From positions 21,762,001 to 21,826,000 of the forward strand of contig OZ024740.1 of NCBI GenBank assembly GCA_964016885.1: a stretch of DNA of 64,000 nucleotides. The letters run 5' to 3'. How positions within the stretch are numbered: position 1 is the first letter of the stretch; each line of letters opens with the position of its first letter. Source of the DNA: Eledone cirrhosa (taxonomy: Eukaryota). A program made the position numbers and the translations under genes. The notes under the pieces are model-generated. The model was not told where the DNA came from. It made no database searches and saw only the letters and a list, made by a program, of their open reading frames with translations. Shown piece after piece: positions 44,300 through 60,950 of the stretch.

Positions 44300-47200
44300 A
44301 TACAGTCAACATCTACACAAAGTGTATAGTCAACATCTACACAAAGTGTATACAGTTAACATCTACACAAAGTGTATACAGTCAACATCTACACAAAGTG
44401 TATACAGTCAACATCTACAAAAAGTGTATACAGTCAACATCTACACAAAGTGTATAGTCAACATCTACACAAAGTGTATAGTCAACATCTACACAAAGTG
44501 TATACAGTCAACATCTACACAAAGTGTATACAGTCAACATCTACACAAAGTGTATACAGTCAACATCTACACAAAGTGTATAGTCAACATCTACACAAAG
44601 TGTATACAGTCAACATCTACACAAAGTGTATAATCAACATCTACACAAAGTGTATAGTCAACATCTACACAAAGTGTATACAATCAACATCTACACAAAG
44701 TGTATACAGTCAACATCTACACGGAGTGTATACAGTCAACATCTACACAAAGTGTACACAGTCAACATCTACACAAAGTGTATACAGTCAACATCTACAC
44801 AAAGTGTATACAATTAACATCTACACAAAGTGTACAGTCAACATCTACACAAAGTGTATAGTCAACATCTACACAAAGTGTATACAGTCAACATCTACAC
44901 AAAGTGTATAGTCAACATCTACACAAAGTGTACAGTCAACATCTACACGAAGAGTATACAGTCAAAATCTACACAAAGTGTATACGATCAACATCTACAC
45001 AAAGTGTATACAGTCAACATCCACACAAAGTGTATACAATCAACATCTACACAAAGTGTATACAATCAACATCTACACAAAGTGTATACAGTCAACATCT
45101 ACACGGGGTGTATACAGTCAACATCTACACAAAGTGTATACAGTCAACATCTACACAAAGTGTATAGTCAACATCTACACAAAGTGTATACAGTCAACAT
45201 CTACACAAAGTGTATACAGTCAACATCTACACAAAGTGTATAGTCAACATCTACACAAAGTGTATACAGGCAACATCTACACAAAGTGTATACAGTCAAC
45301 ATCTACACAAATTGTATACAGTCAACATCTACACAAAGTGTATACAGTCAACATCTACATAAAGTGTATACAGTCAACATCTACACAAAGTGTATAGTCA
45401 ACATCTACACAAAGTGTATACAGTCAACATCTACACAAAGTGTATACAGTCAACATCTACACAAAGTGTATAGTCAACATCTACACAAACTGTATAGTCA
45501 ACATCTACACAAAGTGTATACAGTCAACATCTACACAAAGTGTATACAGTCAACATCTACACAAAGTGTATACAGTCATCATCTACACAAAGTGTATACA
45601 GTCAACATCTACACAAAGTGTATAGTCAACATCTACACAAAGTGTGTATAGTCAACATCTACACAAAGTGTATAGTCAACATCTACACAAAGTGTATAGT
45701 CAACATCTACACAAAGTGTATACAGTCAACATCTACACAAAGAGGATACAGTCAATATCTACACAAAGAGTATACAGTCAACATCTACACAAAGTGTATA
45801 GTCAACATCTACACAAAGTGTATACAGTCAACATCTACACAAAGTGTATACAGTCAACATCTACACAAAGTATATACAGTCAACATCTACACAAAGTGTA
45901 TACAGGCAACATCTACACAAAGTGTATACAGTCAACATCTACACAAGGTGTATAGTCAACATCTACAAAAAGTGTACATTCAACATCTACACAAAGTGTA
46001 TAGTCAACATCTACACAAAGTGTATACAGTCAACATCTATACAAAGTGTATAGTCAACATCTAAAGAAAGTGTATAGTCAATATCTACACAAAGTGTATA
46101 CAGTCAACATCTACACAAAGTGTATACAGTCAACATCTACACAAAGTGTATAGTCAACATCTAAACAAAGAGTATAAGTCAACATCTACACAAAGTGTAT
46201 ACAGTCAACATCTACACAAAGTGTATAGTCAACATCTACACAAAGTGTATACAGTCAACATCTACACAAAGTGTATACAGTCAACATCTACACAAAGTGT
46301 ATACAGTCAACATCTACACAAGGTGTATACAGTCAACATTTACACAATTTGTATACAGTCAACATCTACACAAAGTGTATACAGTCAACATCTACACAAA
46401 GTATATACAGTCAATATCTACACAAAGTGTATAGTCAACATCTACAGAAAGTGTATAGTTAACATCTACACAAAGTGTATAGTCAACATCTACACAAAGT
46501 GTATACAGTCATCATCTACACAAGTGTATACTCAACATCTACACAAAGTGTATACAGTCAACATCTACACAAAGTGTATACAGTCAACATCTATACAAAG
46601 TGTATAGTCAACATCTAAACAAAGTGTATAGTCAACATCTACACGAAGTGTATAGTCAACATCTACACAAAGTGTATACAGTCAACATCTACACAAAGTG
46701 TATACAGTCAATATCTACACAAAGAGGATACAGTCAACATCTACACAAAGTGTATAGTCAACATCTACACAAAGTGTATACAGTCAACATCTACACAAAG
46801 TGTATATAGTCAACATCTACACAAAGTGTATAGTCAACATCTACACAAAGTGTATACAGTCAACATCTACACAAAGTGTATACAGTCAACATCTACACAA
46901 AGTGTATACAGTCAACATCTACACGAAGTGTATACAGTCAACATCTACACAAAGTGTATAGTCAACATCTACACAAAGTGTATAGTCAACATCTACACAA
47001 AGTGTATACAGTCAACATCTACACAAAGTGTATACAGTCAACATCTACACAAAGTGTATACAGTCAACATCTACACAAAGTGTATAGTCAACATCTACAC
47101 AAAGTGTATACAGTCAACATCTACACAAAGTGTATAATCAACATCTACACAAAGTGTATAGTCAACATCTACACAAAGTGTATACAATCAACATCTACAC

Positions 47201-50200
47201 AAAGTGTATACAGTCAACATCTACACGGAGTGTATACAGTCAACATCTACACAAAGTGTACACAGTCAACATCTACACAAAGTGTATAGTCAACATCTAC
47301 ACAAAGTGTATACAGTCAACATCTACACAAAGTGTATAGTCAACATCTACACAAAGTGTACAGTCAACATCTACACGAAGAGTATACAGTCAAAATCTAC
47401 ACAAAGTGTATACGATCAACATCTACACAAAGTGTATACAGTCAACATCTACACAAAGTGTATACAATCAACATCTACACAAAGTGTATACAATCAACAT
47501 CTACACAAAGTGTATACAGTCAACATCTACACGGGGTGTATACAGTCAACATCTACACAAAGTGTATACAGTCAAAATCTACACAAAGTGTATAGTCAAC
47601 ATCTACACAAAGTGTATACAGTCAACATCTACACAAAGTGTATACAGTCAACATCTACACAAAGTGTATAGTCAACATCTACACAAAGTGTATACAGGCA
47701 ACATCTACACAAAGTGTATACAGTCAACATCTACACAAATTGTATACAGTCAACATCTACACAAAGTGTATACAGTCAACATCTACATAAAGTGTATACA
47801 GTCAACATCTACACAAAGTGTATAGTCAACATCTACACAAAGTGTATACAGTCAACATCTACACAAAGTGTATACAGTCAACATCTACACAAAGTGTATA
47901 GTCAACATCTACACAAACTGTATAGTCAACATCTACACAAAGTGTATACAGTCAACATCTACACAAAGTGTATACAGTCAACATCTACACAAAGTGTATA
48001 CAGTCATCATCTACACAAAGTGTATACAGTCAACATCTACACAAAGTGTATAGTCAACATCTACACAAAGTGTGTATAGTCAACATCTACACAAAGTGTA
48101 TAGTCAACATCTACACAAAGTGTATAGTCAACATCTACACAAAGTGTATACAGTCAACATCTACACAAAGTGTATACAGTCAATATCTACACAAAGAGTA
48201 TACAGTCAACATCTACACAAAGTGTATAGTCAACATCTACACAAAGTGTATACAGTCAACATCTACACAAAGTGTATACAGTCAACATCTACACAAAGTG
48301 TATACAGTCAACATCTACACAAAGTGTATACAATCAACATCTACACAAAGTGTATACAGTCAACATCTACACGGAGTGTATAAGTCAACATCTACACAAG
48401 GTGTATACAGTCAACATCTACACAAAGTGTACACAGTCAACATCTACACAATGTGTATACAGGCAACATCTACACAAAGTGTATACAGTCAACATCTACA
48501 CAAAGTGTATACAGTCAACATCTACACAAAGTGTATACAGTCAACATCTACACAAAGAGTATACAGTCAACATCTACACAAAGTGTATACAGTCAACATC
48601 TACACAATGTGTATACAGTCAACATCTACACAAAGTGTATAGTCAACATCTACACAAAGTGTATAGTCAACATCTACACAAAGTGTATACAGTCAACATC
48701 TACACAAAGTGTATACAATCAACATCTACACAAAGTGTATACAGTCAACATCTACACAAAGTGTGTACAATCAACATCTACACAAGGTGTATAGGCAACA
48801 TCTACACGGAGTGTATACAGTCAACATCTACGCAAAGTGTATAGTCAACATCTACACACAGTGTATACAGTCAACATCTACACAAAGTGTATACAGTCAA
48901 CATCTACACAAAGTGTATAGTCAACATCTAAACAAAGAGTATAAGTCAACATCTACACAAAGTGTATACAGTCAACATCTACACAAAGTGTATAGTCAAC
49001 ATCTACACAAAGTGTATACAGTCAACATCTACACAAAGTGTATACAGTCAACATCTACACAAAGTGTATACAGTCAACATCTACACAAAGTATATACAGT
49101 CAATATCTACACAAAGTGTATAGTCAACATCTACAGAAAGTGTATAGTTAACATCTACACAAAGTGTATAGTCAACATCTACACAAAGTGTATACAGTCA
49201 TCATCTACACAAGTGTATACTCAACATCTACACAAAGTGTATACAGTCAACATCTACACATAGTGTATACAGTCAACATCTATACAAAGTGTATAGTCAA
49301 CATCTAAACAAAGTGTATAGTCAACATCTACACAAAGTGTATAGTCAACATCTACACAAAGTGTATACAGTCAACATCTACACAAAGTGTATACAGTCAA
49401 TATCTACACAAAGAGGATACAGTCAACATCTACACAAAGTGTATAGTCAACATCTACACAAAGTGTATACAGTCAACATCTACACAAAGTGTATATAGTC
49501 AACATCTACACAAAGTGTATAGTCAACATCTACACAAAGTGTATACAGTCAACATCTACACAAAGTGTATACAGTCAACATCTACACAAAGTGTATACAG
49601 TCAACATCTACACAAAGTGTATACAGTCAACATCTACACAAAGTGTATAGTCAACATCTACACAAAGTGTATAGTCAACATCTACACAAAGTGTATACAG
49701 TCAACATCTACACAAAGTGTATACAGTCAACATCTACACAAAGTGTATACAGTCAACATCTACACAAAGTGTATAGTCAACATCTACACAAAGTGTATAC
49801 AGTCAACATCTACACAAAGTGTATAATCAACATCTACACAAAGTGTATAGTCAACATCTACACAAAGTGTATACAATCAACATCTACACAAAGTGTATAC
49901 AGTCAACATCTACACGGAGTGTATACAGTCAACATCTACACAAAGTGTACACAGTCAACATCTACACAAAGTGTATACAGTCAACATCTACACAAAGTGT
50001 ATACAATTAACATCTACACAAAGTGTACAGTCAACATCTACACAAAGTGTATAGACAACATCTACACAAAGTGTATACAGTCAACATCTACACAAAGTGT
50101 ATAGTCAACATCTACACAAAGTGTACAGTCAACATCTACACGAAGAGTATACAGTCAAAATCTACACAAAGTGTATACGATCAACATCTACACAAAGTGT

Positions 50201-53050
50201 ATACAGTCAACATCTACACAAAGTGTATACAGTCAACATCTACACAAAGTGTATACAGTCAACATCTACACAAAGTGTATAGTCAACATCTACACAAAGT
50301 GTATACAGTCAACATCTACACAAAGTGTATACAGTCAACATCTACACAAAGTGTATAGTCAACATCTACACAAACTGTATAGTCAACATCTACACAAAGT
50401 GTATACAGTCAACATCTACACAAAGTGTATACAGTCAACATCTACACAAAGTGTATACAGTCATCATCTACACAAAGTGTATAGTCAACATCTACACAAA
50501 GTGTGTATAGTCAACATCTACACAAAGTGTATAGTCAACATCTACACAAAGTGTATAGTCAACATCTACACAAAGTGTATACAGTCAACATCTACACAAA
50601 GAGGATACAGTCAATATCTACACAAAGAGTATACAGTCAACATCTACACAAAGTGTATAGTCAACATCTACACAAAGTGTATACAGTCAACATCTACACA
50701 AAGTGTATACAGTCAACATCTACACAAAGTGTATACAGTCAACATCTACACAAAGTGTATACAGGCAACATCTACACAAAGTGTATACAGTCAACATCTA
50801 CACAAGGTGTATAGTCAACATCTACAAAAAGTGTACATTCAACATCTACACAAAGTGTACAGTCAACATCTACACAAAGTGTATAGTCAACATCTACACA
50901 AAGTGTATACAGTCAACATCTATACAAAGTGTATAGTCAACATCTAAACAAAGTGTATAGTCAACATCTACACAAAGTGTATACAGTCAACATCTACACA
51001 AAGTGTATACAGTCAACATCTACACAAAGTGTATAGTCAACATCTAAACAAAGAGTATAAGTCAACATCTACACAAAGTGTATACAGTCAACATCTACAC
51101 AAAGTGTATAGTCAACATCTACACAAAGTGTATACAGTCAACATCTACACAAAGTGTATACAGTCAACATCTACACAAAGTGTATACAGTCAACATCTAC
51201 ACAAGGTGTATACAGTCAACATTTACACAATTTGTATACAGTCAACATCTACACAAAGTGTATACAGTCAACATCTACACAAAGTATATACAGTCAATAT
51301 CTACACAAAGTGTATAGTCAACATCTACAGAAAGTGTATAGTTAACATCTACACAAAGTGTATAGTCAACATCTACACAAAGTGTATACAGTCATCATCT
51401 ACACAAGTGTATACTCAACATCTACACAAAGTGTATACAGTCAACATCTACACAAAGTGTATACAGTCAACATCTATACAAAGTGTATAGTCAACATCTA
51501 AACAAAGTGTATAGTCAACATCTACACAAAGTGTATAGTCAACATCTACACAAAGTCTATACAGTCAACATCTACACAAAGTGTATACAGTCAATATCTA
51601 CACAAAGAGGATACAGTCAACATCTACACAAAGTGTATAGTCAACATCTACACAAAGTGTATACAGTCAACATCTACACAAAGTGTATATAGTCAACATC
51701 TACACAAAGTGTATAGTCAACATCTACACAAAGTGTATACAGTCAACATCTACACAAAGTGTATACAGTCAACATCTACACAAAGTGTATACAGTCAACA
51801 TCTACACAAAGTGTATACAGTCAACATCTACACAAAGTGTATAGTCAACATCTACACAAAGTTTATACAGTCAACATCTACACAAAGTGTATACAGTCAA
51901 CATCTACACAAAGTGTATACAGTCAACATCTACACAAAGTGTATAATCAACATCTACACAAAGTGTATAGTCAACATCTACACAAAGTGTATACAATCAA
52001 CATCTACACAAAGTGTATACAGTCAACATCTACACGGAGTGTATACAGTCAACATCTACACAAAGTGTACACAGTCAACATCTACACAAAGTGTATACAG
52101 TCAACATCTACACAAAGTGTATACAATTAACATCTACACAAAGTGTACAGTCAACATCTACACAAAGTGTATAGTCAACATCTACACAAAGTGTATACAG
52201 TCAACATCTACACAAAGTGTATAGTCAACATCTACACAAAGTGTACAGTCAACATCTACACGAAGAGTATACAGTCAAAATCTACACAAAGTGTATACGA
52301 TCAACATCTACACAAAGTGTATACAGTCAACATCTACACAAAGTGTATACAATCAACATCTACACAAAGTGTATACAATCAACATCTACACAAAGTGTAT
52401 ACAGTCAACATCTACACGGGGTGTATACAGTCAACATCTACACAAAGTGTATACAGTCAACATCTACACAAAGTGTATAGTCAACATCTACACAAAGTGT
52501 ATACAGTCAACATCTACACAAAGTGTATACAGTCAACATCTACACAAAGTGTATAGTCAACATCTACACAAAGTGTATACAGGCAACATCTACACAAAGT
52601 GTATACAGTCAACATCTACACAAATTGTATACAGTCAACATCTACACAAAGTGTATACAGTCAACATCTACACAAAGTGTATACAGTCAACATCTACACA
52701 AAGTGTATAGTCAACATCTACACAAAGTGTATACAGTCAACATCTACACAAAGTGTATACAGTCAACATCTACACAAAGTGTATAGTCAACATCTACACA
52801 AACTGTATAGTCAACATCTACACAAAGTGTATACAGTCAACATCTACACAAAGTGTATACAGTCAACATCTACACAAAGTGTATACAGTCATCATCTACA
52901 CAAAGTGTATACAGTCAACATCTACACAAAGTGTATAGTCAACATCTACACAAAGTGTGTATAGTCAACATCTACACAAAGTGTATAGTCAACATCTACA
53001 CAAAGTGTATAGTCAACATCTACACAAAGTGTATAGTCAACATCTACACA
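44300..53050 (+). repeat. Family of higher-order units of about 2.2-2.7 kb
   Basis: Offsets are 2428 (45286/47714), 2689 (46600/49289), 2194 (49289/51483) and 4883 (46146/51029). The landmark cacgaagagtatacagtcaaaatc occurs at about 44946, 47374, 50139 and 52259. Confidence 0.8.
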
Positions 53051-54439
53051 AAGTGTATACAGTCAACATCTACACAAAGTGTATACAGTCAATATCTACA
53101 CAAAGAGTATACAGTCAACATCTACACAAACTGTATAGTCAACATCTACACAAAGTGTATACAGTCAACATCTACACAAAGTGTATACAGTCAACATCTA
53201 CACAAAGTGTATACAGTCATCATCTACACAAAGTGTATACAGTCAACATCTACACAAAGTGTATAGTCAACATCTACACAAAGTGTGTATAGTCAACATC
53301 TACACAAAGTGTATAGTCAACATCTACACAAAGTGTATAGTCAACATCTACACAAAGTGTATACAGTCAACATCTACACAAAGTGTATACAGTCATCATC
53401 TACACAAAGTGTACAGTCAACATCTACACAAAGTGTATAGTCAACATCTACACAAAGTGTATACAGTCAACATCTATACAAAGTGTATAGTCAACATCTA
53501 AACAAAGTGTATAGTCAACATCTACACAAAGTGTATACAGTCAACATCTACACGGAGTGTATACAGTCAACATCTACACAAAGTGTATACAGTCAACATC
53601 TACACAAAGTGTATACAGTCAATATCTACACTGAGTGTATACAATCAACATCTACACAAAGTGTACAGTCAACATCTACACAAAGTGTATAGTCAACATC
53701 TACACAAAGTCTATACAGTCAACATCTACACGAAGTGTATAGTCAACATCTACACAAAGTGTACAGTCAACATCTACACAAAGTGTATATTCAAAACCTA
53801 CACAAAGTGTATACAGTCAACATCTACACAAAGTGTATATAGTCAACAACTACACAAAGTGTATAGTCAACATCTACAGAAAGTATATACAGTCAATATC
53901 TACACAAAGTGTATAGTCAACATCTACAGAAAGTGTATAGTTAACATCTACACAAAGTGTATAGTCAACATCTACACAAAGTGTATACGGTCAACATCTA
54001 CACAAAGTGTATACAGTCAACATCTACACAAAGTGTATAATCAACATCTACACAAAGTGTATAGTCAACATCTACACAAAGTGTATACAATCAACATCTA
54101 CACAAAGTGTATACAGTCAACATCTACACGGAGTGTATAAGTCAACATCTACACAAAGTGTATACAGTCAACATCTACACAATGTGTACACAGTCAACAT
54201 CTACACAAAGTGTATACAGTCAACATCTACACAAAGTGTATACAATCAACATCTACACAAAGTGTATACAATCAACATCTACACAAAGTGTATACAGTCA
54301 ACATCTACACGGAGTGTATACAGTCAACATCTACACAAAGTGTATACAGTCAACATCTACACGGAGTGTATACAGTCAACATCTACACAAAGTGTATACA
54401 GTCAACATCTACACAAAGTGTATAGTCAACATCTACACA

Positions 54440-57400
54440 CAGTGTATACAGTCAACATCTACACAAAGTGTATAGTCAACATCTACACAAAGTGTACAGT
54501 CAACATCTACACAAAGTGTATACAGTCAAAATCTACACAAAGTGTATACGATCAACAGCTACACAAAGTGTATACAATCAACATCTACACAAAGTGTACA
54601 GTCAACATCTACACAAAGTGTATACAGTCAACATCTACACAAAGTGTATACAGTCAACATCTACACAAAGTGTATACAATCAACATCTACACAAAGTGTA
54701 CAGTCAACATCTACACAAAGTGTATAGTTAACATCTACACAAAGTGTATACAGTCAACATCTACACAAAGTGTATAGTCAACATCTACACAAAGTGTATA
54801 CAATCAACATCTACACAAAGTGTATACAGTCGACATCTACACAAAGTGTATACAGTCAAAATCTACACAAAGTGTATACAATCAACATCTACACAAAGTG
54901 TATACAGTCAACATCTACACAAAGTGTGTACAATCAACATCTACACAAGGTGTATAGGCAACATCTACACGGAGTGTATGCAGTCAACATCTACACAAAG
55001 TGTATAAGTCAACATCTACACAAAGTGTATAAGTCAACATCTACACAAAGTATATACAGTCAAAATCTACACAAAGTGTATAGTTAACATCTACACAAAG
55101 TGTATAGTCAACATCTACACAAAGTGTATAGTCAACATCTATACAAAGTGTATACAGTCATCATCTACACAAGTGTATACTCAACATCTACACAAAGTGT
55201 ATACAGTTAACATCTACACAAAGTGTATACAGTCAACATCTATACAAAGTGTATAGTCAACATCTAAACAAAGTGTATACAGTCAATATCTACACAAAGA
55301 GGATACAGTCAACATCTACACAAAGTGTATACAGTCAACATCTACACAAAGTGTATACAGTCAACATCTACACAAAGTGTATACAGTCAACATCTACACA
55401 AAGTGTATACAGTCAACATCTACACAAAGTGTATAGTCAACATCTGCACAAAGTGTATAGTCAACATCTACACAAAGTGTATACAGTCAACATCTACACA
55501 AAGTGTATACAGTCAACATCTACACAAAGTGTATACAGTCAACATCTACACAAAGTGTATAGTCAACATCTACACAAAGTGTATACAGTCAACATCTACA
55601 CAAAGTGTATACAGTCAACATCTACACAAAGTGTATACAGTCAATATCTACACAAAGTGTATACAGTCAACATCTACACAAAGTGTATACAGTCAACATC
55701 TACACAAAGTGTATAGTCAACATCTACACAAAGTGTATACAGTCAACATCTACACAAAGTGTATACAGTCAACATCTACACAAAGTGTATACAGTCAACA
55801 TCTACACACAGTGTATACAGGCAACATCTACACAAAGTGTATACAGTCAACATCTACACAAAGTGTATACAGTCAACATCTACACAAAGTGTATAGTCAA
55901 CATCTACACAAAGTGTATAGTCAACATCTACACAAAGTGTATACAGTCAACATCTACACAAAGTGTATACAGTCAACATCTACACAAAGTGTATAGTCAA
56001 CATCTACACAAAGTGTATACAGGCAACATCTACACAAAGTGTATACAGTCAACATCTACACAAATTGTATACAGTCAATATCTACACAATGTGTATACAG
56101 TCAACATCTACACAAAGTGTATACAGTCAACATCTACACAAAGTGTATAGTCAACATCTACACAAAGTGTATACAGTCAACATCTACACAAAGTGTATAC
56201 AGTCAACATCTACACAAAGTGTATAGTCAACATCTACACATACTGTATAGTCAACATCTACACAAAGTGTATACAGTCAACATCTACACAAAGTGTATAC
56301 AGTCAACATCTACACAAAGTGTATACAGTCAACATCTACACAAAGTGTATACAGTCATCATCTACACAAAGTGTATACAGACAACATCTACACAAAGTGT
56401 ATAGTCAACATCTACACAAAGTGTATACAGTCAACATCTACACAAAGTGTATAGTCAACATCTACGCAAAGTGTATAGTCAACATCTACACAAAGTGTAT
56501 ACAGTGAACATCTACACGAAGTGTATACAGTCAATATCTACACAAAGAGTATACAGTCAACATCTACACAGAGTGTATAGTCAACATCTACACAAAGTGT
56601 ATACAGTCAACATCTACACAACGTGTATACAGTCAACATCTACACAAAGTGTATACAGTCAACATCTACACAAAGTGTATACAGGCAACATCTACACAAA
56701 GTGTATACAGTCAACATCTACACAAAGTGTATAGTCAACATCTACAAAAAGTGTACATTCAACATCTACACAAAGTGTACAGTCAACATCTACACAAAGT
56801 GTATAGTCAACATCTACACAAAGTGTATACAGTCAACATCTATACAAAGTGTATAGTCAACATCTAAACAAAGTGTATAGTCAACATCTACACAAAGTGT
56901 ATACAGTCAACATCTACACGGAGTGTATACAGTCAACATCTACACGGAGTGTATACAGTCAACATCTACAGAAAGTATATACAGTCAATATCTACACAAA
57001 GTGTATAGTCAACATCTACAGAAAGTGTATAGTTAACATCTACACAAAGTGTATAGTCAACATCTACACAAAGTGTATACGGTCAACATCTACACAAAGT
57101 GTATACAGTCAACATCTACACAAAGTGTATAATCAACATCTACACAAAGTGTATAGTCAACATCTACACAAAGTGTATACAGTCAACATCTACACAAAGT
57201 GTATAGTCAACATCTACACAAAGTGTATACAGTCAACATCTACACAAAGTGTATAGTCAACATCTACACAAAGTGTACAGTCAACATCTACACAAAGTGT
57301 ATACAGTCAAAATCTACACAAAGTGTATACGATCAACAGCTACACAAAGTGTATACAATCAACATCTACACAAAGTGTACAGTCAACATCTACACAAAGT

Positions 57401-60400
57401 GTATACAGTCAACATCTACACAAAGTGTATACAGTCAACATCTACACAAAGTGTATACAATCAACATCTACACAAAGTGTACAGTCAACATCTACACAAA
57501 GTGTATAGTTAACATCTACACAAAGTGTATACAGTCAACATCTACACAAAGTGTATAGTCAACATCTACACAAAGTGTATACAATCAACATCTACACAAA
57601 GTGTATACAGTCGACATCTACACAAAGTGTATACAGTCAAAATCTACACAAAGTGTATACAATCAACATCTACACAAAGTGTATACAGTCAACATCTACA
57701 CAAAGTGTGTACAATCAACATCTACACAAGGTGTATAGGCAACATCTACACGGAGTGTATGCAGTCAACATCTACACAAAGTGTATAAGTCAACATCTAC
57801 ACAAAGTATATACAGTCAATATCTACACAAAGTGTATAGTTAACATCTACACAAAGTGTATAGTCAACATCTACACAAAGTGTATACAGTCAACATCTAC
57901 ACAAGTGTATACTCAACATCTACACAAAGTGTATACAGTTAACATCTACACAAAGTGTATACAGTCAACATCTATACAAAGTGTATAGTCAACATCTAAA
58001 CAAAGTGTATAGTCAACATCTACACAAAGTGTATAGACAACATCTACACAAAGTGTATAGAGTCAACATCTACACAAAGTGTATACAGTCAATATCTACA
58101 CAAAGAGGATACAGTCAACATCTACACAAAGTGTTTAGTCAACATCTACACAAAGTGTATACAGTCAACATCTACACAAAGTGTATACAGTCAACATCTA
58201 CACAAAGTGTATACAGTCAACATCTACACAAAGTGTATACAGTCAACATCTACACAAAGTGTATAGTCAACATCTACACAAAGTGTATACAGTCAACATC
58301 TACACAAAGTGTATACAGTCAACATCTACACAAAGTGTATACAGTCAATATCTACACAAAGTGTATACAGTCAACATCTACACAAAGTGTATACAGTCAA
58401 CATCTACACAAAGTGTATAGTCAACATCTACACAAAGTGTATACAGTCAACATCTACACAAAGTGTATACAGTCAACATCTACACACAGTGTATACAGGC
58501 AACATCTACACAAAGTGTATACAGTCAACATCTACACAAAGTGTATACAGTCAACATCTACACAAAGTGTATAGTCAACATCTACACAAAGTGTATAGTC
58601 AACATCTACACAAAGTGTATACAGTCAACATCTACACAAAGTGTATACAGTCAACATCTACACAAAGTGTATAGTCAACATCTACACAAAGTGTATACAG
58701 GCAACATCTACACAAAGTGTATACAGTCAACATCTACACAAATTGTATACAGTCAACATCTACACAATGTGTATACAGTCAACATCTACACAAAGTGTAT
58801 ACAGTCAACATCTACACAAAGTGTATAGTCAACATCTACACAAAGTGTATACAGTCAACATCTACACAAAGTGTATACAGTCAACATCTACACAAAGTGT
58901 ATAGTCAACATCTACACATACTGTATAGTCAACATCTACACATACTGTATAGTCAACATCTACACAAAGTGTATACAGTCAACATCTACACAAAGTGTAT
59001 ACAGTCAACATCTACACAAAGTGTATACAGTCATCATCTACACAAAGTGTATACAGTCATCATCTACACAAAGTGTATACAGACAACATCTACACAAAGT
59101 GTATAGTCAACATCTACACAAAGTGTATAGTCAACATCTACGCAAAGTTTATAGTCAACATCTACACAAAGTGTATACAGTGAACATCTACACGAAGTGT
59201 ATACAGTCAATATCTACACAAAGAGTATACAGTCAACATCTACACAGAGTGTATAGTCAACATCTACACAAAGTGTATACAGTCAACATCTACACAACGT
59301 GTATACAGTCAACATCTACACAAAGTGTATACAGTCAACATCTACACAAAGTGTATACAGGCAACATCTACACAAAGTGTATACAGTCAACATCTACACA
59401 AAGTGTATAGTCAACATCTACACAAAGTGTATACAGTCAACATCTACACGGAGTGTATACAGTCAACATCTACAGAAAGTATATACAGTCAATATCTACA
59501 CAAAGTGTATAGTCAACATCTACAGAAAGTGTATAGTTAACATCTACACAAAGTGTATAGTCAACATCTACACAAAGTGTATACGGTCAACATCTACACA
59601 AAGTGTATACAGTCAACATCTACACAAAGTGTATAATCAACATCTACACAAAGTGTATAGTCAACATCTACACAAAGTGTATACAATCAACATCTACACA
59701 AAGTGTATACAGTCAACATCTACACGGAGTGTATAAGTCAACATCTACACAAAGTGTATACAGTCAACATCTACACAAAGTGTACACAGTCAACATCTAC
59801 ACAAAGTGTATACAGTCAACATCTACACAAAGTGTATACAATCAACATCTACACAGTGTATACAATCAACATCTACACAAAGTGTATACAGTCAACATCT
59901 ACACGGAGTGTATACAGTCAACATCTACACAAAGTGTATACAGTCAACATCTACACGGAGTGTATACAGTCAACATCTACACAAAGTGTATAGTCAACAT
60001 CTACACAAAGTGTACAGTCAACATCTACACAAAGTGTATACAGTCAAAATCTACACAAAGTGTATACGATCAACATCTACACAAAGTGTATACAGTCAAC
60101 ATCTACACAAAGTGTATACAGTCAACATCTACACAAAGTGTATACAATCAACATCTACACAAAGTGTACAGTCAACATCTACACAAAGTGTATAGTTAAC
60201 ATCTACACAAAGTGTATACAGTCCACATCTACACAAATTGTATAGTCAACATCTACACAAAGTGTATACAGTCAACATCTACACAAAGTGTATAAAGTCA
60301 ACATCTACACAAAGTGTATAGTCAACATCTACACAAAGTGTATACAATCAACATCTACACAAAGTGTATACAGTCGACATCTACACAAAGTGTATGCAGT

Positions 60401-60950
60401 CAAAATCTACACAAAGTGTATACAATCAACATCTACACAAAGTGTATACAGTCAACATCTACACAAAGTGTGTACAATCAACATCTACACAAGGTGTATA
60501 GGCAACATCTACACGGAGTGTATACAGTCAACATCTACACAAAGTGTATACAATCAACATCTACACAAAGTATATACAGTCAATATCTACACAAAGTGTA
60601 TAGTCAACATCTACAGAAAGTGTATAGTTAACATCTACACAAAGTGTATAGTCAACATCTACACAAAGTGTATACAGTCAACATCTACACAAGTGTATAC
60701 TCAACATCTACACAAAGTGTATACAGTTAACATCTACACAAAGTGTATACAGTCAACATCTATACAAAGTGTATAGTCAACATCTAAACAAAGTGTATAG
60801 TCATCTACACAAAGTGTATAGTCAACATCTACACAAAGTGTATAGAGTCAACATCTACACAAAGTGTATACAGTCAATATCTACACAAAGAGGATACAGT
60901 CAACATCTACACAAAGTGTTTAGTCAACATCTACACAAAGTGTATACAGT
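54440..60950 (+). repeat. Higher-order unit of about 2.7-2.8 kb, two full copies and one partial
   Basis: Offsets are 2781 (54468/57249) and 2678 (55963/58641). The GTCGAC variant occurs at 54829, 57610 and 60373. Confidence 0.85.
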